Shown here in pieces: positions 50,342 through 61,216 of a stretch of DNA of 64,000 nucleotides. The notes beneath the pieces were generated by a model, which saw nothing but the letters and a program-made list of their open reading frames with translations, was not told the origin of the DNA and did no database searches. The translations under genes and the position numbers were made by a program. The stretch is taken from positions 1 to 64,000 of IMG/VR virus record IMGVR_UViG_3300044630_006441; one strand, given 5' to 3'. The DNA is from a virus. Each line of letters starts with the position of its first letter. The stretch's first letter is position 1.

Positions 50342-50631
50342 GACAAGGCTGGGGGGCGAAAGCCCCCCGGCCTTTTTTTATTTATTTACCTGGAGGACCC
50401 CCATGCACTTATCTGTCGCCGCAAATGTACCGGCCCGACAGGGCCGGTTGGGCTGGGGGCTGAGACAATATCGTCCCGAGCTGCACTGAGGGGGTACCCG
50501 GTGGAAATCCGCGAACCCGCGGTGAGATAATTTCCCTGCGACAGGCACTCTCAGTGCGGGGGGCTTTTCAATGAACCACGCGGGGTGCCTGAGACAATAT
50601 CGCTCCGACAGGCACTCCAGACTGAAGGGAG

Positions 50632-53600
50632 GTGCGTGTGAAAAAACGCATTACGGTGACTTTGGAAATTGACTTCAGCCTTCTGCGTGTGGCGAAGGCG
50701 GACATTGTGGAGCGGATCGGAAGCGAGGAGGGGGGCACCTCACTCGCCTACTTGGCCAGCCTCTTGTGCGACATACAGGATCAGGCAGCCAAGCGGGTGG
50801 GGGATGTCGCCGTCTTCGGGACGATGTTCGACCCGTGAGACAATATTGCTGCGACAGGCACTCTCATCGAGGAGGGAAAACGATGCGCGGATGGAAAGAA
50901 TGGTACGACGATGACGAGGAGGAGGTGTGGCGGGTGCTGGCTGGCCTGTCGCCGGAAGAGGAGGAGGTGGTCAGGGAATTCAACTGCGGTGCGCCCCTGC
51001 CGGACGACGACAAGCAAGAGCGGAAGGGGTGGGCCAAGGACGAGCTACCTTTCTAAATCTTAAGGAAGTGTCTTTTTTCACCTATGTGGATACAAAGGAG
51101 ATTGATATGCCGATCTATCTGATCAAGCAACGGGTTGATGATAGCGATATTATGGTGACAAGTGAGTCAGTTGGCTACTTCGAGGGGGAACCCCAGGACG
51201 CGGACGCGGTGGTCAACGCCCTGAACGAGCGGGATCCGGAGGTGGGAAAGACCGAACTTTTCGGGTATAGACGGAACTGCTACTTCCGTGTAGAACTCGA
51301 CAAAGTGACCTTGACAAAGGTAAATGATTGGTTCCCACAATAAGCGACTTGACGCATCTCTAGTCGCAGATTGAACTTATATCGATATATCAACAATATA
51401 AACGCTGATAAAAGGTAGTATCAGTTGTTTTTGAGGGTCTGCGCTTGTTTTGTGAAAATCCGAGGTTCAGAGAAAAGGAGGCTTTTATGCTCAAGGACCA
51501 AACAGTCAAGGAACTCCGCGATAGTGGCTACAGCGTTGTGATCTTCTCCCCTGAGGAACTCCAAGGTATTAACCTCTACTACTTTGAGGATGAATTGGTT
51601 GGTAGGGGGTGGGAGATTATTGACGGCATGAGGCAAGAGCAGGGCAAGAAGGAATAGGGGTGGGGAATAGCCCACCGGGCAAGCAAAGGAGACACAGAGA
51701 TGGCAAAGTTCAAGTATTCGGTTACCCAGCAGATCATGGCATCCATCGAGGTGGAGGTCGAAGCCGACAACGAACAGGAGGCTCGCGAGCTGGGCAGGGA
51801 TCTGGCGTTTTCCATCCCCTTGTCGGACGGGTGGGAGACCGACGATGAAATCGTGGACGAGGAAGTCGAGAAGGAGGACTAGACATGACGGTCGATGAGC
51901 TGGTCAGGGATCTGTGCGCGGCCATCCTGGAAGGCGACGACAGGGAAACGCTGGAGGGCAAGGCTGCGTTCTTGCAGGCGGTGATCGATGAGGACTGGGG
52001 TTCCATAGACTCTTATTCCCCTGTCTACGAGGAGGGCAGATACCTGGCGGGGATAACCAAAAGAATCCATGCCAGATGAGATATTTTCGCTGGTTCAGGC
52101 ACTCTGATCAGAAAGGAGATTTGAGATGAATCGCGACATGATCGAGCAAAAGGTGGGCAAGACTTGGGACACCAACGAGCTTCAAAAGGTCTTCGAGGTT
52201 CTTGGTTTCAGTATGGGTTGCTGCGTGGTCCGCAACAGAGAAACGGGCAAGCGCGGCAGTCTTGAGTTCGACCGATTTGACCTGGAGGGGGCCGGGGCAA
52301 CCCGCCTCTATCACAGTTTCGTAGAAGGTTAATTTACAGAAAGGATAGAAAATGGACGAGCTGATAGACGAAGTCTTTAGGGTGAAGCGAATCTACAAAC
52401 TGAGCAACGAAGACATGATTCGGTACCTTGCCGAGTTCATTGTTGACGCAGGTTTGGAGATCGAATGCCAGGGTTATTTGGGCGGGATCGAACCACAAGA
52501 GGGGTGAGACAATATTCGCCTAAACGACACTCTAAGTGCGGCGAAAACCAGATTATAAACCGGGGTTAACGGGGGGTCTGGTTTAAGCCGCATATATAAG
52601 CTGTGCAGTCTTAATCAAGGAGATCATATGAAAAGATTGACTTATAAGGATATTCAAGACCTACCTCAAGACCATCCAGACTATATCAGGTTCATGGAGG
52701 AGGCTGAGGCGGAGTGCAATATCCCGGTCATCAGGCCGGACGACGACGAGGAAGGCGTGGGTTACTTCAACCGCTATATCGCAGGAGACAGATGATGAAA
52801 CTGAAAGCTGATCTGAGCTACGACGATCGTTTCGATGGTTTGTCGGCAAAGTTGTTCATTGAAAACAACATCGTGACGGTTTTGTTCAACTTAATAAGCA
52901 AAGAATGGGCGGCGATCTCGTTCGAGATGGGTGAGAAGGAAGGGGACCTCAACTTCTACAGGGTCGCGGACAAGATTGGCACCCAACCAAAAATCAGTCT
53001 GGACGAAGCAATCGCAGTCGTCCGGGCAACCATAGCAAAGGAGGCGGTGTGAGCCAGGACAAACTAATTGAGACGGTCAAGGGATGGATAGGGCGATGGA
53101 AGATCGGTGGCGACAACCACTTCTTCACGCCCAAGGAATGGCAGAAGCGGGGCGAGGAGATCGGTTCTTACGCCGATCTCACCCTGACCTGCGAGGGGCA
53201 GCTAAACCACATCCTCAACGGATATGTCTCCGACTCCAGGCATCTGATCGATGACTTCAGTCGGGTCGTGAACGGGACGGGATACTACTGGGAATGGGGC
53301 TACGCTTGGTCAGTTCACTTTTACAAGATGGAGGAAAAGAAATCATGAATTACTCTCGAAGGTTTGAGTTTCGCGGCCTGCCTTTCATCTATGAGTTCAG
53401 CAACGACGACAGCATGGATTGCGCTGAGTCAGCGATCTCAGGTCTGTCTGAGCAAGCCACCAAGGCTATCCAAGACGATGAGTTTGAAACTGCCGTTTGC
53501 GAATATGCAGAAGAACAGGCGGCATCGGGATGGATCAACGCAAAGGAGGGGCAGAGATGAAACCAATGACCATGAGGCAGCTTGACCGGGTTCGCGAGGA

Positions 53601-56600
53601 GGGTGGGGAATACCTGACCGATCTGGAGGTCACCTACCAGGGTGAACCAATGACCGTGCTGGTCGCCGGGGAACTGGAGATAGTCCACCCCAGCAACTGG
53701 ATCAGCCGGGGCGACAGTCCGCCGGACGACCCCGAGACCAACGGTTCGTGGGAGATCGTCGGGTTCATCGTTGGCGACGACCGCGAGGTCCAGCCGGGAA
53801 CGGACGAGTTCGACCAGATCGAAAAACAAGTCTGGGCTACGGTGGCCCGACAGATCGGTGAGATGGGACTCTAAGGAGGGGATGCAAAGTGAGCAAGAGA
53901 CATCAGGCTTTTGTAATCTGGAGCGACGACATAGAGGAGGGCGACAAGCCGACTCCTTACGAGTTCAACACGGAGGAGGAACTGAATGCCTTTCTGCTGG
54001 GCGTTAGCGAGGCCAGCGGCTGCATGAGTTCAGCTGTCTTCCTCGACGAGCAAGAGGCTGAGGACTACATCAGGGAACAACTGGAGGAGGGCGATGGGGT
54101 GTTTGGACTTTACTAGGGATTCATGCGCGGTTAATGGAGAGTGGGAATGATACCCTTTCTGGACATGAACGAACGCCCCATTGAGGTGGGGAACAGGGTG
54201 GAGGTCAAGTTTCTCAGCGGGCGATACGGTGAAACGCGGACCCTGCGTGGGAAAATCGTGGCCTTGGACACCCTGGGCGGAATGACCATCACGCTGGAAG
54301 GACCTGGTTCCTTCACCGTGTACAGCAAGTTTGACTGCAAGCAGTATGGGCAGGGTGATGATTACTACATCTGCAATGGCTTTGATTTCTGCTCCAGGCT
54401 GAACGCCAGGGTCGGGAAGACAGGCAACAATGACTTTGAGCATGGCTATCAAGGCTACTGTGTTTTATTGGAGGGAGAATGAGCAATGGGCGTGTGGCTG
54501 AAGTTAAGCGACGAGGAACTGGAGACCATCGGCAATACACCGGCGCTGGCCAAGCTGGCGACCAGGGCGAAGGAGGCAATCACCGAGCAGGCGGGGGCAA
54601 GCGACAAGATCCAGCTGGCCCAGGCGATCTACGCGGACGACTCCGAGAACAGCGTCGAGGTCGATCCCGATGCGGCGGTCTCGATCAACAATGACGGGAC
54701 TTGGGTTCAGGCATGGGTGTGGGTGGAAAACTAAGGAGGGCTTGACATGAGCATTGATTTTGACGAGATCACAGTCGAGAACAAAAAATTCAGTCTGACT
54801 CTGGACTGGATCGGGGAAGGAATTTTCGGAGACTACGACAACGAGGACGCAAATGATGCGCCCCTGTTGAGGTACTGGGTTTCCCAGAAAATCGACGGAG
54901 TGTGGGATGATGTTCACAACGGTTCAGCCTGTTGTTTGCTCAAGGCAAGCGACAAGCGAAAGGACCTGAAGAAGGCAGCAAAGATCATGCTGGATCTGGT
55001 CACGAATGCTGGCGAAGACAAACTGAACAGCATCGTGCAGATGATCTCCCATGTGGAAATTATCGACGACAGAATCAAGCTGCCAAGACTCATCTAGGTG
55101 GGTGAAAAATGATCGAAGTTAGCGTATCGCCGGAAGCGGCGCGGCAACTGGTGAAGGTGGTTGAACTGTTCGGTTCGGCCATTCTCCCAAACCACGATCT
55201 GATCAAACTGGTTGGTCAGATGAAAGAATCATTAGCCAAGGAGGCAAACAATGCGCGAGAGAAGAACGCTGAGAGGATTTGTGTTCAGGAACCTACACCA
55301 CAAAGGCGTAGTCTGGTCCGTGCAGTCAAGCGAGGGCAAGACTATATCGCATAACGACCACATCCTGGTCAAGAACGCGAAGTTCGTGGTTCAGCCAGGG
55401 GGACGGGAGCGGGTCCGGGCAACCAAGTGCAAGACGGTCCATGCCGGGATACGGGGCGAGGTGGTGACCGACCCGTTCGAGGCCAGCGCCCTGCTGGCGA
55501 CCATCGACAGAACCAAAACCGCTTACTACAACCCCTACACGACCGATCACTTCGTCGGCGTCGACGGGGAAAAGCTGGACACCGCGGGGGTGGTCCTGCT
55601 GACCAGCGAGAATGGCAAACCCAGGGTTTTCTTCAACTGACAAGGAGTCAAGAATGACTAAGCACACACCGGGTCCATGGCAGATCACGACCGACTTCAT
55701 CAATGTCTTCAACGAGGACGCCATCCAGATAGCCAGCCTGGACAGTCAAGGCAGTCCTGACATTGGGGTGGAGGAATCGCTAGCCAATGCCTACCTGATT
55801 TCGGCCGCGCCGGAAATGCTGGCGGTTCTGAAGAAGGTTCTGCCGGAGATAGACGATCCCAATCTGATGTGGGAAGTGTCAGACGCGATCTACAAAGCAG
55901 AAGGGAGGGAGTGATGCGAACCAATCCAGACCTGGACGATTTCATGACGGACACCCAACCGACCCGCAAGAGAAGGCGAAAGTCGCCCGTCATAAAGACT
56001 GATGCTGTTCGTCGTCGCGCATTCAAGGTTTTGGCCATCCTGGCCGATCTTGATGCTAAGACGCGGGACCGGGTTTTGAGGAAAGCAATTAGCCTATCGA
56101 AGGCGTAAGGAGGGATTGTGAGCAATACGAATCATGGATTGCCCGACCTAGGCAAGGTCAGCTTGACGGTGATGCGAAGACTGAGGAAGGGGCAGACAGT
56201 CGGGTTCGACCGACCCGATGTCCGAACCGACCGGTACATCAGCAGCAATGTCAGAAAGCTGAAGGACCAGCGCGGCAAGGAGTTCATCACCAAGACCGCG
56301 ATCCTGGTCGATCCGAAGACGGCAGATTCCAAAAGAGTTATCTATGTGACGAGGGTGTCATGACACAAGAACAAGTAAGACTGGCCCTGTACGCTCTTGG
56401 TCACTTGAGGACCAACCTGGATCACGACAACCTGGACGACTTGGGTCTTGGGAACTTTGAAGAAGTCGAACAGAAAATCGAGGACGCAATGAACTGTCTT
56501 GCCGTCCTTGCGGAATGTGGACAACTTAAGTAGGAGATTAGCGAAATGATTATCACCAGCATGAGAAGTTTGCGCGACCATGTTTCTGCCCTGCTGGGCG

Positions 56601-57219
56601 AACACGGGACAGATACTGCGGCTGAATTGATCGCGGAAGTGATTGAAAGCGACATCAACTGTCCCGAATATGGAGAAGATTGGAGGGAATTCATTGACAA
56701 GCTGGACTTTGTCAAGATCCACAAGCGTTTGTTTGAGTGTACTGCGGCAAAGTTTTATCCAAAGGGTGGGCCGGTTGAACGCTGGACTATCGTGGATGAT
56801 TTATGCCCAATCATGGATGAGCTGGCTGAAAGAGGTTACGGCACGCGAGGATACTGGAAGCGGACGGGTGACCGTTTTACTCTGGACCTGTATCTCGACC
56901 CGAATGAACCAGACGCCGAAGGTCGCCTGGAACTGTTTGGGCTAAACCAGGATGTCCTTGTGGCCCTAATCGAAAACGCAAACATGGAGGCGTGAGCATG
57001 GAACTGGTTCCAAACGATGATTCCTACAACTACCGGTACCTGGAAGTAGCCCATCAAACAGGATACTGCCAGCTGTATGAATTGAACGATCGGGTTTCAG
57101 TAGAGTTGGTTCAAAACGCAGCCAAACAATTAAAATTGCGCTGGGCGGAAGCCTGGGCGACTTTGATGCGGGGCGAAGAAATAACCTTGGGCAACAGCAT
57201 TTTTCGTCTCCAAAAGTAA
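50632..57219 (+). CDS. Run of more than 20 small hypothetical genes (e.g. 50632-50838, 51107-51343, 51700-51882, 51885-52079, 52126-52332, 52352-52507, 53049-53348, 53557-53874, 54747-55097, 55251-55640, 55654-55914, 56546-56995)
   Basis: Tightly packed ORFs with AGGA/GGAG RBSs; 55654-55914 begins with the common phage motif KHTPGPW. Confidence 0.6.
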
Positions 57220-57247
57220 TTGACATTTCCAAGTAGGTATATAAAAT
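57220..57247 (+). promoter_or_regulatory. Host sigma-70-type promoter
   Basis: TTGACA-16 bp-TAAAAT in an intergenic gap. Confidence 0.65.
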
Positions 57248-57298
57248 GGTTTTGTGCCTAGACGCTTTTGATGGCAAGGAATTCAGAAAGGAGAATCG

Positions 57299-57574
57299 GT
57301 GATGAAAGACTCAATCGTGACGATGACGGTGAACGATAAGGATTTTCGGTACACCGTAAGTGAGTTCAGTACTGACTGGGAAGGTCGCGGTTTCCACTAC
57401 CGTAAGCTCGACAACAACGAAGAGCAGTACGATGTGTTCATCTGCGATCACGACCCCAGCAACGACATCTGCGACTGCGCGGATGCCACATTCCGAGAAC
57501 GCCGCTGCAAACATATGGACGCCATCAGGGCGATATTGGTTGCCGCGCAACTCAATGGAGGTAAAGACAAATGA
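57299..57574 (+). CDS. SWIM-type zinc finger protein
   Basis: CDC...CKH motif. Confidence 0.65.
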   Translation: MMKDSIVTMTVNDKDFRYTVSEFSTDWEGRGFHYRKLDNNEEQYDVFICDHDPSNDICDCADATFRERRCKHMDAIRAILVAAQLNGGKDK

Positions 57575-58338
57575 GAATGTCGAAGTCGCAAAAAGAAATC
57601 TTCAATGTCCTGAAGAATTCTTTGGCTAAGAACGGCGCGTGGACACGGGGCCAGCTCTTGGTCGAAGGAGAACTGGTACCCTGTCGACTGTCGACGCTGG
57701 CAGGGCTGGAGAGGCGGGGCCTGGTGAAGATGAATAGCATCTGGTTTCAGGAAGGCGTGGGGCCTTCTCGCCAGTGCTGCTCGGTGACCGTGAAGGAGGA
57801 TGTGCGATGAGAAATTTTGGAAGGAACCAAGCGACCAACAACTGGATTGAGGAAGCAAGTACCAAAGCCGACGATGTCGCTGGTCGTGTTGATGAGGCGC
57901 TGGATGATACGCTCGAGCCGAAGAACGCCATCCGCGTCATCAATCACGCCTGGGCTATGACCATCTCAAACGAGCTGGGAAATTGCGGTGAGGATGTTTA
58001 CCTCCAGGATATTCAGAATTGGCTCGAGGTTAAACACAAAGAATCGTCCGACCCCAAGTACAAAATGGCGTTGGAATTTGCGCGGGTTTGGCTTTATTCT
58101 TGATGGTTTTACGATAAGTTTTTGAACCTTTTTATGGTTGTGTGTTTATTCATTCAAGGAGGAAATAGATGAGCGGCATGGAATTGAAGCTGATGACTAA
58201 GTTGGCAGCAATCGACAAGGTTATGTATGAGGTCCTCAGCGACGAGCAACGCCAGGAAATTGCCACGCGAGTCGGTTGGTTAATGTTGGAATGTGAAGAT
58301 TTTGACCCCACGGAAGGAACCATCTGGGAGAAAGCTTA

Positions 58339-58485
58339 ATGATAAGGATTTTCTTGATATTTGGCGCGAGCTTTATAGTTGGGTGCTGCTGTCAGCGACA
58401 ACTCACTGTGAAAAGCAAGTTCGACCCATACAACCAGGCGCGGCCTGTTGATTCGGTCGAGGTTCAATGGACTCTGACTTACTAG
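58339..58485 (+). CDS. Small putative lipoprotein
   Basis: MIRIFLIFGASFIVGC: hydrophobic signal with lipobox-like Cys. Confidence 0.4.
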   Translation: MIRIFLIFGASFIVGCCCQRQLTVKSKFDPYNQARPVDSVEVQWTLTY

Positions 58486-58579
58486 GAGGGGCAAAGATGA
58501 CCCAGCTAATGACGATTGCGGCCCTGGTGGGAATTCACTGGCTGATTCTTTTTGGACACTGGAATAAGGAGAACCAAGA

Positions 58580-58762
58580 ATGAAAAAAGGATTGTTGCTC
58601 AAGAGACGAGAAGGCGAGTCTTGTCTGTGCTTTGTCGGACAAGACGACAGAGAGATTCTGCGAGTGATCGTAGAATCTATCCAGGGTAACTCTGTGCGAC
58701 TGCGGTTTGTTGCCGACGATTCGGTTGACATCCTGCGTTCCGAATTAGTGGAGAGCAAATGA
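58580..58762 (+). CDS. csrA: CsrA/RsmA-like RNA-binding regulator
   Basis: LLLKRREGES...VIVESIQGNSVRLRFVADDSVDILRSEL fits the CsrA pattern. Confidence 0.75.
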   Translation: MKKGLLLKRREGESCLCFVGQDDREILRVIVESIQGNSVRLRFVADDSVDILRSELVESK

Positions 58763-59082
58763 ACAGAAAACCAAACAGGTTGCTTCGTATTCTTTTTAAA
58801 TGCGAGCAGGAAATACACAATCAATACGGGAACGACCCTGATGATTTGGCCAAGGGAGCGCCGCCACCCTGGTCGCAGAAACAGTGGGAATGGTTTCAAC
58901 AACGCGTCGAATTGTTCAAAACCGAGGCGGACTGGGCCACCGAAGAAGAAATGCGCACACTCCACAACTGGCTCGGGAAGAGCGCGCTAGAATTAAACGC
59001 CAAGGATGTTATTGTGCGGTCTTGCGTTGAAGGTCTTGTTCACACAGTCAATAAGTTTTTACACAGCAAAGGTCACCACTAA
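58759..59082 (+). CDS. Hypothetical protein
   Basis: Coupled to the csrA-like gene. Confidence 0.55.
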   Translation: MNRKPNRLLRILFKCEQEIHNQYGNDPDDLAKGAPPPWSQKQWEWFQQRVELFKTEADWATEEEMRTLHNWLGKSALELNAKDVIVRSCVEGLVHTVNKFLHSKGHH

Positions 59083-59178
59083 TGAAGTTCATGATTGCGC
59101 TTTTCATCGTCGCCGCTTTCTTCAAGTCTTTTATGGATTCCTCCATGATGTACGCCGACAGCAAGGGCGGGAAATAGC

Positions 59179-59496
59179 ATGGGTCGTCATCCCATAGAAG
59201 AGATCACCGAGAAACAACGGGAAGTTCTCAGGCTGATCATCCTTGAAACTGAAAAGAATGGTTGCCAGCCCAGCCGCGATGAACTTGCGGCGAAGCTTGG
59301 AACCACCAAGCATGCGGTCAACCAGAAGGTTTGGCAGTTGTGCAAAAAAGGTTATCTGGTGCCGTCGACCAAGAAAGGGGAACGCTGCCTGGTCATCCCA
59401 GGCGTGCGGTTCCGGGCTGAGTTGGTCGACAGATCTGCGGCATCGGGCAATTTGCGGGTCATCGAAGAGATTCTCGAGGCCGCGAAAGCAAACTGA
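59179..59496 (+). CDS. LexA-like N-terminal winged-helix DNA-binding protein (no peptidase domain)
   Basis: TEKQREVL..I.....NGCQPSRDELAAKLG......V..L.KKGYL. Confidence 0.75.
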   Translation: MGRHPIEEITEKQREVLRLIILETEKNGCQPSRDELAAKLGTTKHAVNQKVWQLCKKGYLVPSTKKGERCLVIPGVRFRAELVDRSAASGNLRVIEEILEAAKAN

Positions 59497-59500
59497 GGCA

Positions 59501-59959
59501 TCAGCCCACGCTGACCCGCTGCTTCCATAGTTCAAGCTGCGGGCCAGCGCCCCTGAACATTTGCGTTCCATATATCCTGACAACCGTCAACATCTTCTTT
59601 GAGAGATTCTGGAACAACTCCTGACCGGCTGGGGAGTCCAGGGCGCCAGCCCAAACTTCCTGACCGGCCAGGTGCGCCAGGCCCGCGGGCGTTTGATGCG
59701 CCGCCACGGGATACAGCATCACGCCACTCTTGTCCGGCCTCAAATGGTCGGGAATCCAGCCGTATAAGAACGCGCAATTCCAGGAGCCGCAGACATCGGG
59801 GCGGGAGGGATCGGTCCAGATACCGCACCCACCGCCCTTCTTTCTGTGTTTGCAGTCTGTGTATTCTGGCTTGCCCAGCTCTCTCACTTCTAGCACTCGA
59901 CAGCAAACATCGCATTCCCCGCAGCTTTTTGTCAGCACATTCAACGGTATCTTTTTCAT
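59501..59959 (-). CDS. YkgJ-like cysteine-cluster protein
   Basis: CGECDVCC...CKH...CGIW...RPDVC. Confidence 0.65.
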   Translation of the reverse strand: MKKIPLNVLTKSCGECDVCCRVLEVRELGKPEYTDCKHRKKGGGCGIWTDPSRPDVCGSWNCAFLYGWIPDHLRPDKSGVMLYPVAAHQTPAGLAHLAGQEVWAGALDSPAGQELFQNLSKKMLTVVRIYGTQMFRGAGPQLELWKQRVSVG

Positions 59960-60649
59960 GACGTTCCTTGATGGTTCGGTCCTGTCATCCTACTGGTTAT
60001 AAGTAGTTTGACATAGCCCCCGGTTGGGCAAGCCGTCGCATCAGCGGGACTGAGGTCAATGGTGCTGGTCGTAGACCCCGACCGTCGTGTAGTGGTCCTT
60101 CAGATAATATCTAAATATATCTGTCGTAAGCTTGGTGCCCGGTATGGTAATGAGGAGTTCACGGCCGGGAGAGGGGAAGGTCCCTCGCTGCCAGAGAACA
60201 GCGTTGTCCGACAGGACGACTCTGGCGGTCAAAGTGGTTTTAACCATCCCAGGCTATTCTTAACCTTTTCGCCGGGCCTCCTCATACCCTGAACCCTAAG
60301 AAAACCTTAAACCCCTGGCATTCAACTCTGAACCCACACCACCCTGAAGCAGCGTCGACAGGAAGAAGGGTAAGCAGACCCCCAAGCCGGTGCGCGAAGC
60401 GTTGACGGTAGACGCCAAAGGTTGTGCTGCCCTCAACTCCAATGTCAGGTTTAAAGGTAAACCTGTCAGAAAAAGTAGCAAAAGTAACGATTGTTACAGA
60501 TTAATGAAGAATTCTTATTGACAGCAAAAAAACAAAAGAATAAGTATGGGTAAGTTGAGGTGATTGACGCCCGCAATAATCTCAATTTTGTTATGGAGAA
60601 TCATGGTCAAGAATGACCCTTGGTCCTGTCCCCAGATCGAGGCTTTTAA

Positions 60650-61216
60650 ATGGATATTGATCACGATGATCCCGTGGCCGCTCTTTACCTGAATGGTTAT
60701 TTGGATGCCATTTTCAGGAAGAGGCCCCTGCTCAGGCGGGAATGGGATGTGGAAGACCTGTGCCAAGAACTCTCGATGAGTTACATTCGCAAGGTCCCCG
60801 AAGAAAAGAGAAAGGCCTTGTCGGAAAAACACAAGGAATATCTCGTCAAGCGCATGGCCGTCCAACTGTCCAAGGACAAGCTGCGCCAGATGCAGCGGGC
60901 CAAGCGCGACTGCCGCCGCTCAGTTCAGTCTGAATCCGATTTTGTGATGGCGGAAGGCAGTGTGCTGCAAGGCCTGTGTGACCAGGAGTCCTGGGAGTCT
61001 GTGCGTCGACGCATCGACGATGAGACCTGGTTGGTCTTCTGCATGAGGAACAACGGCTTCAAGTGGGACAGGATTGCCCGCCAGATGGGCCGGGACAATC
61101 ACAACGCCGTGCGGATGCGTTATTGTCGGAACATCAAGAGACTGGCTATCCTTTTTCAGGGTGGCAACGGAGTCTCTGATGATCGAACGGCGCGGGGACT
61201 TGTTCGCCCAGCATGA
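60650..61216 (+). CDS. ECF-like sigma factor
   Basis: DVEDLCQE region 2; region 4 VFCMRNNGFKWDRIARQMG...AVRMRYCR. Confidence 0.7.
   Translation: MDIDHDDPVAALYLNGYLDAIFRKRPLLRREWDVEDLCQELSMSYIRKVPEEKRKALSEKHKEYLVKRMAVQLSKDKLRQMQRAKRDCRRSVQSESDFVMAEGSVLQGLCDQESWESVRRRIDDETWLVFCMRNNGFKWDRIARQMGRDNHNAVRMRYCRNIKRLAILFQGGNGVSDDRTARGLVRPA

Larger units (their letters stand above)
39162..50489 (+). repeat. Type B variant TGAGACAAT-N8-RACCTGCACYWA (approximate), 7 copies
   Basis: Starts at 39162, 40348, 40527, 43725, 43905, 47968, 50461; found only in the long intergenic leaders. Confidence 0.9.
39245..52533 (+). repeat. Type A 29-bp dispersed element TGAGACAAT-N8-GACAGGCACTCT, 19 copies (probable phage promoter)
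   Basis: Starts at 39245, 40611, 40894, 41143, 41527, 42267, 43985, 44060, 44146, 45115, 46059, 48037, 48278, 49694, 50523, 50590, 50836, 52077, 52505 (last two degenerate). Confidence 0.95.

Noticed and set aside
39162-52533. CRISPR array
   Set aside because: The repeat centre varies between copies, spacing ranges from about 60 bp to nearly 2 kb, most intervals contain genes, and no cas gene is recognisable in the window.
37515-52533. Classical integron
   Set aside because: No tyrosine recombinase motifs were recognised and the repeats lack attC-type GTTRRRY ends and long dyad symmetry. Only the looser cassette-like hypothesis is kept.
37440-59000. Long minus-strand ORFs such as 38826-40037, 45739-46806 and 46773-47831
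   Set aside because: These are shadows of + strand genes that have RBSs, translational coupling and co-oriented repeats.
59960-60650. Replication origin or RNA gene in this partly AT-rich gap
   Set aside because: No iterons, tRNA cloverleaf or other recognisable structure could be supported by eye.
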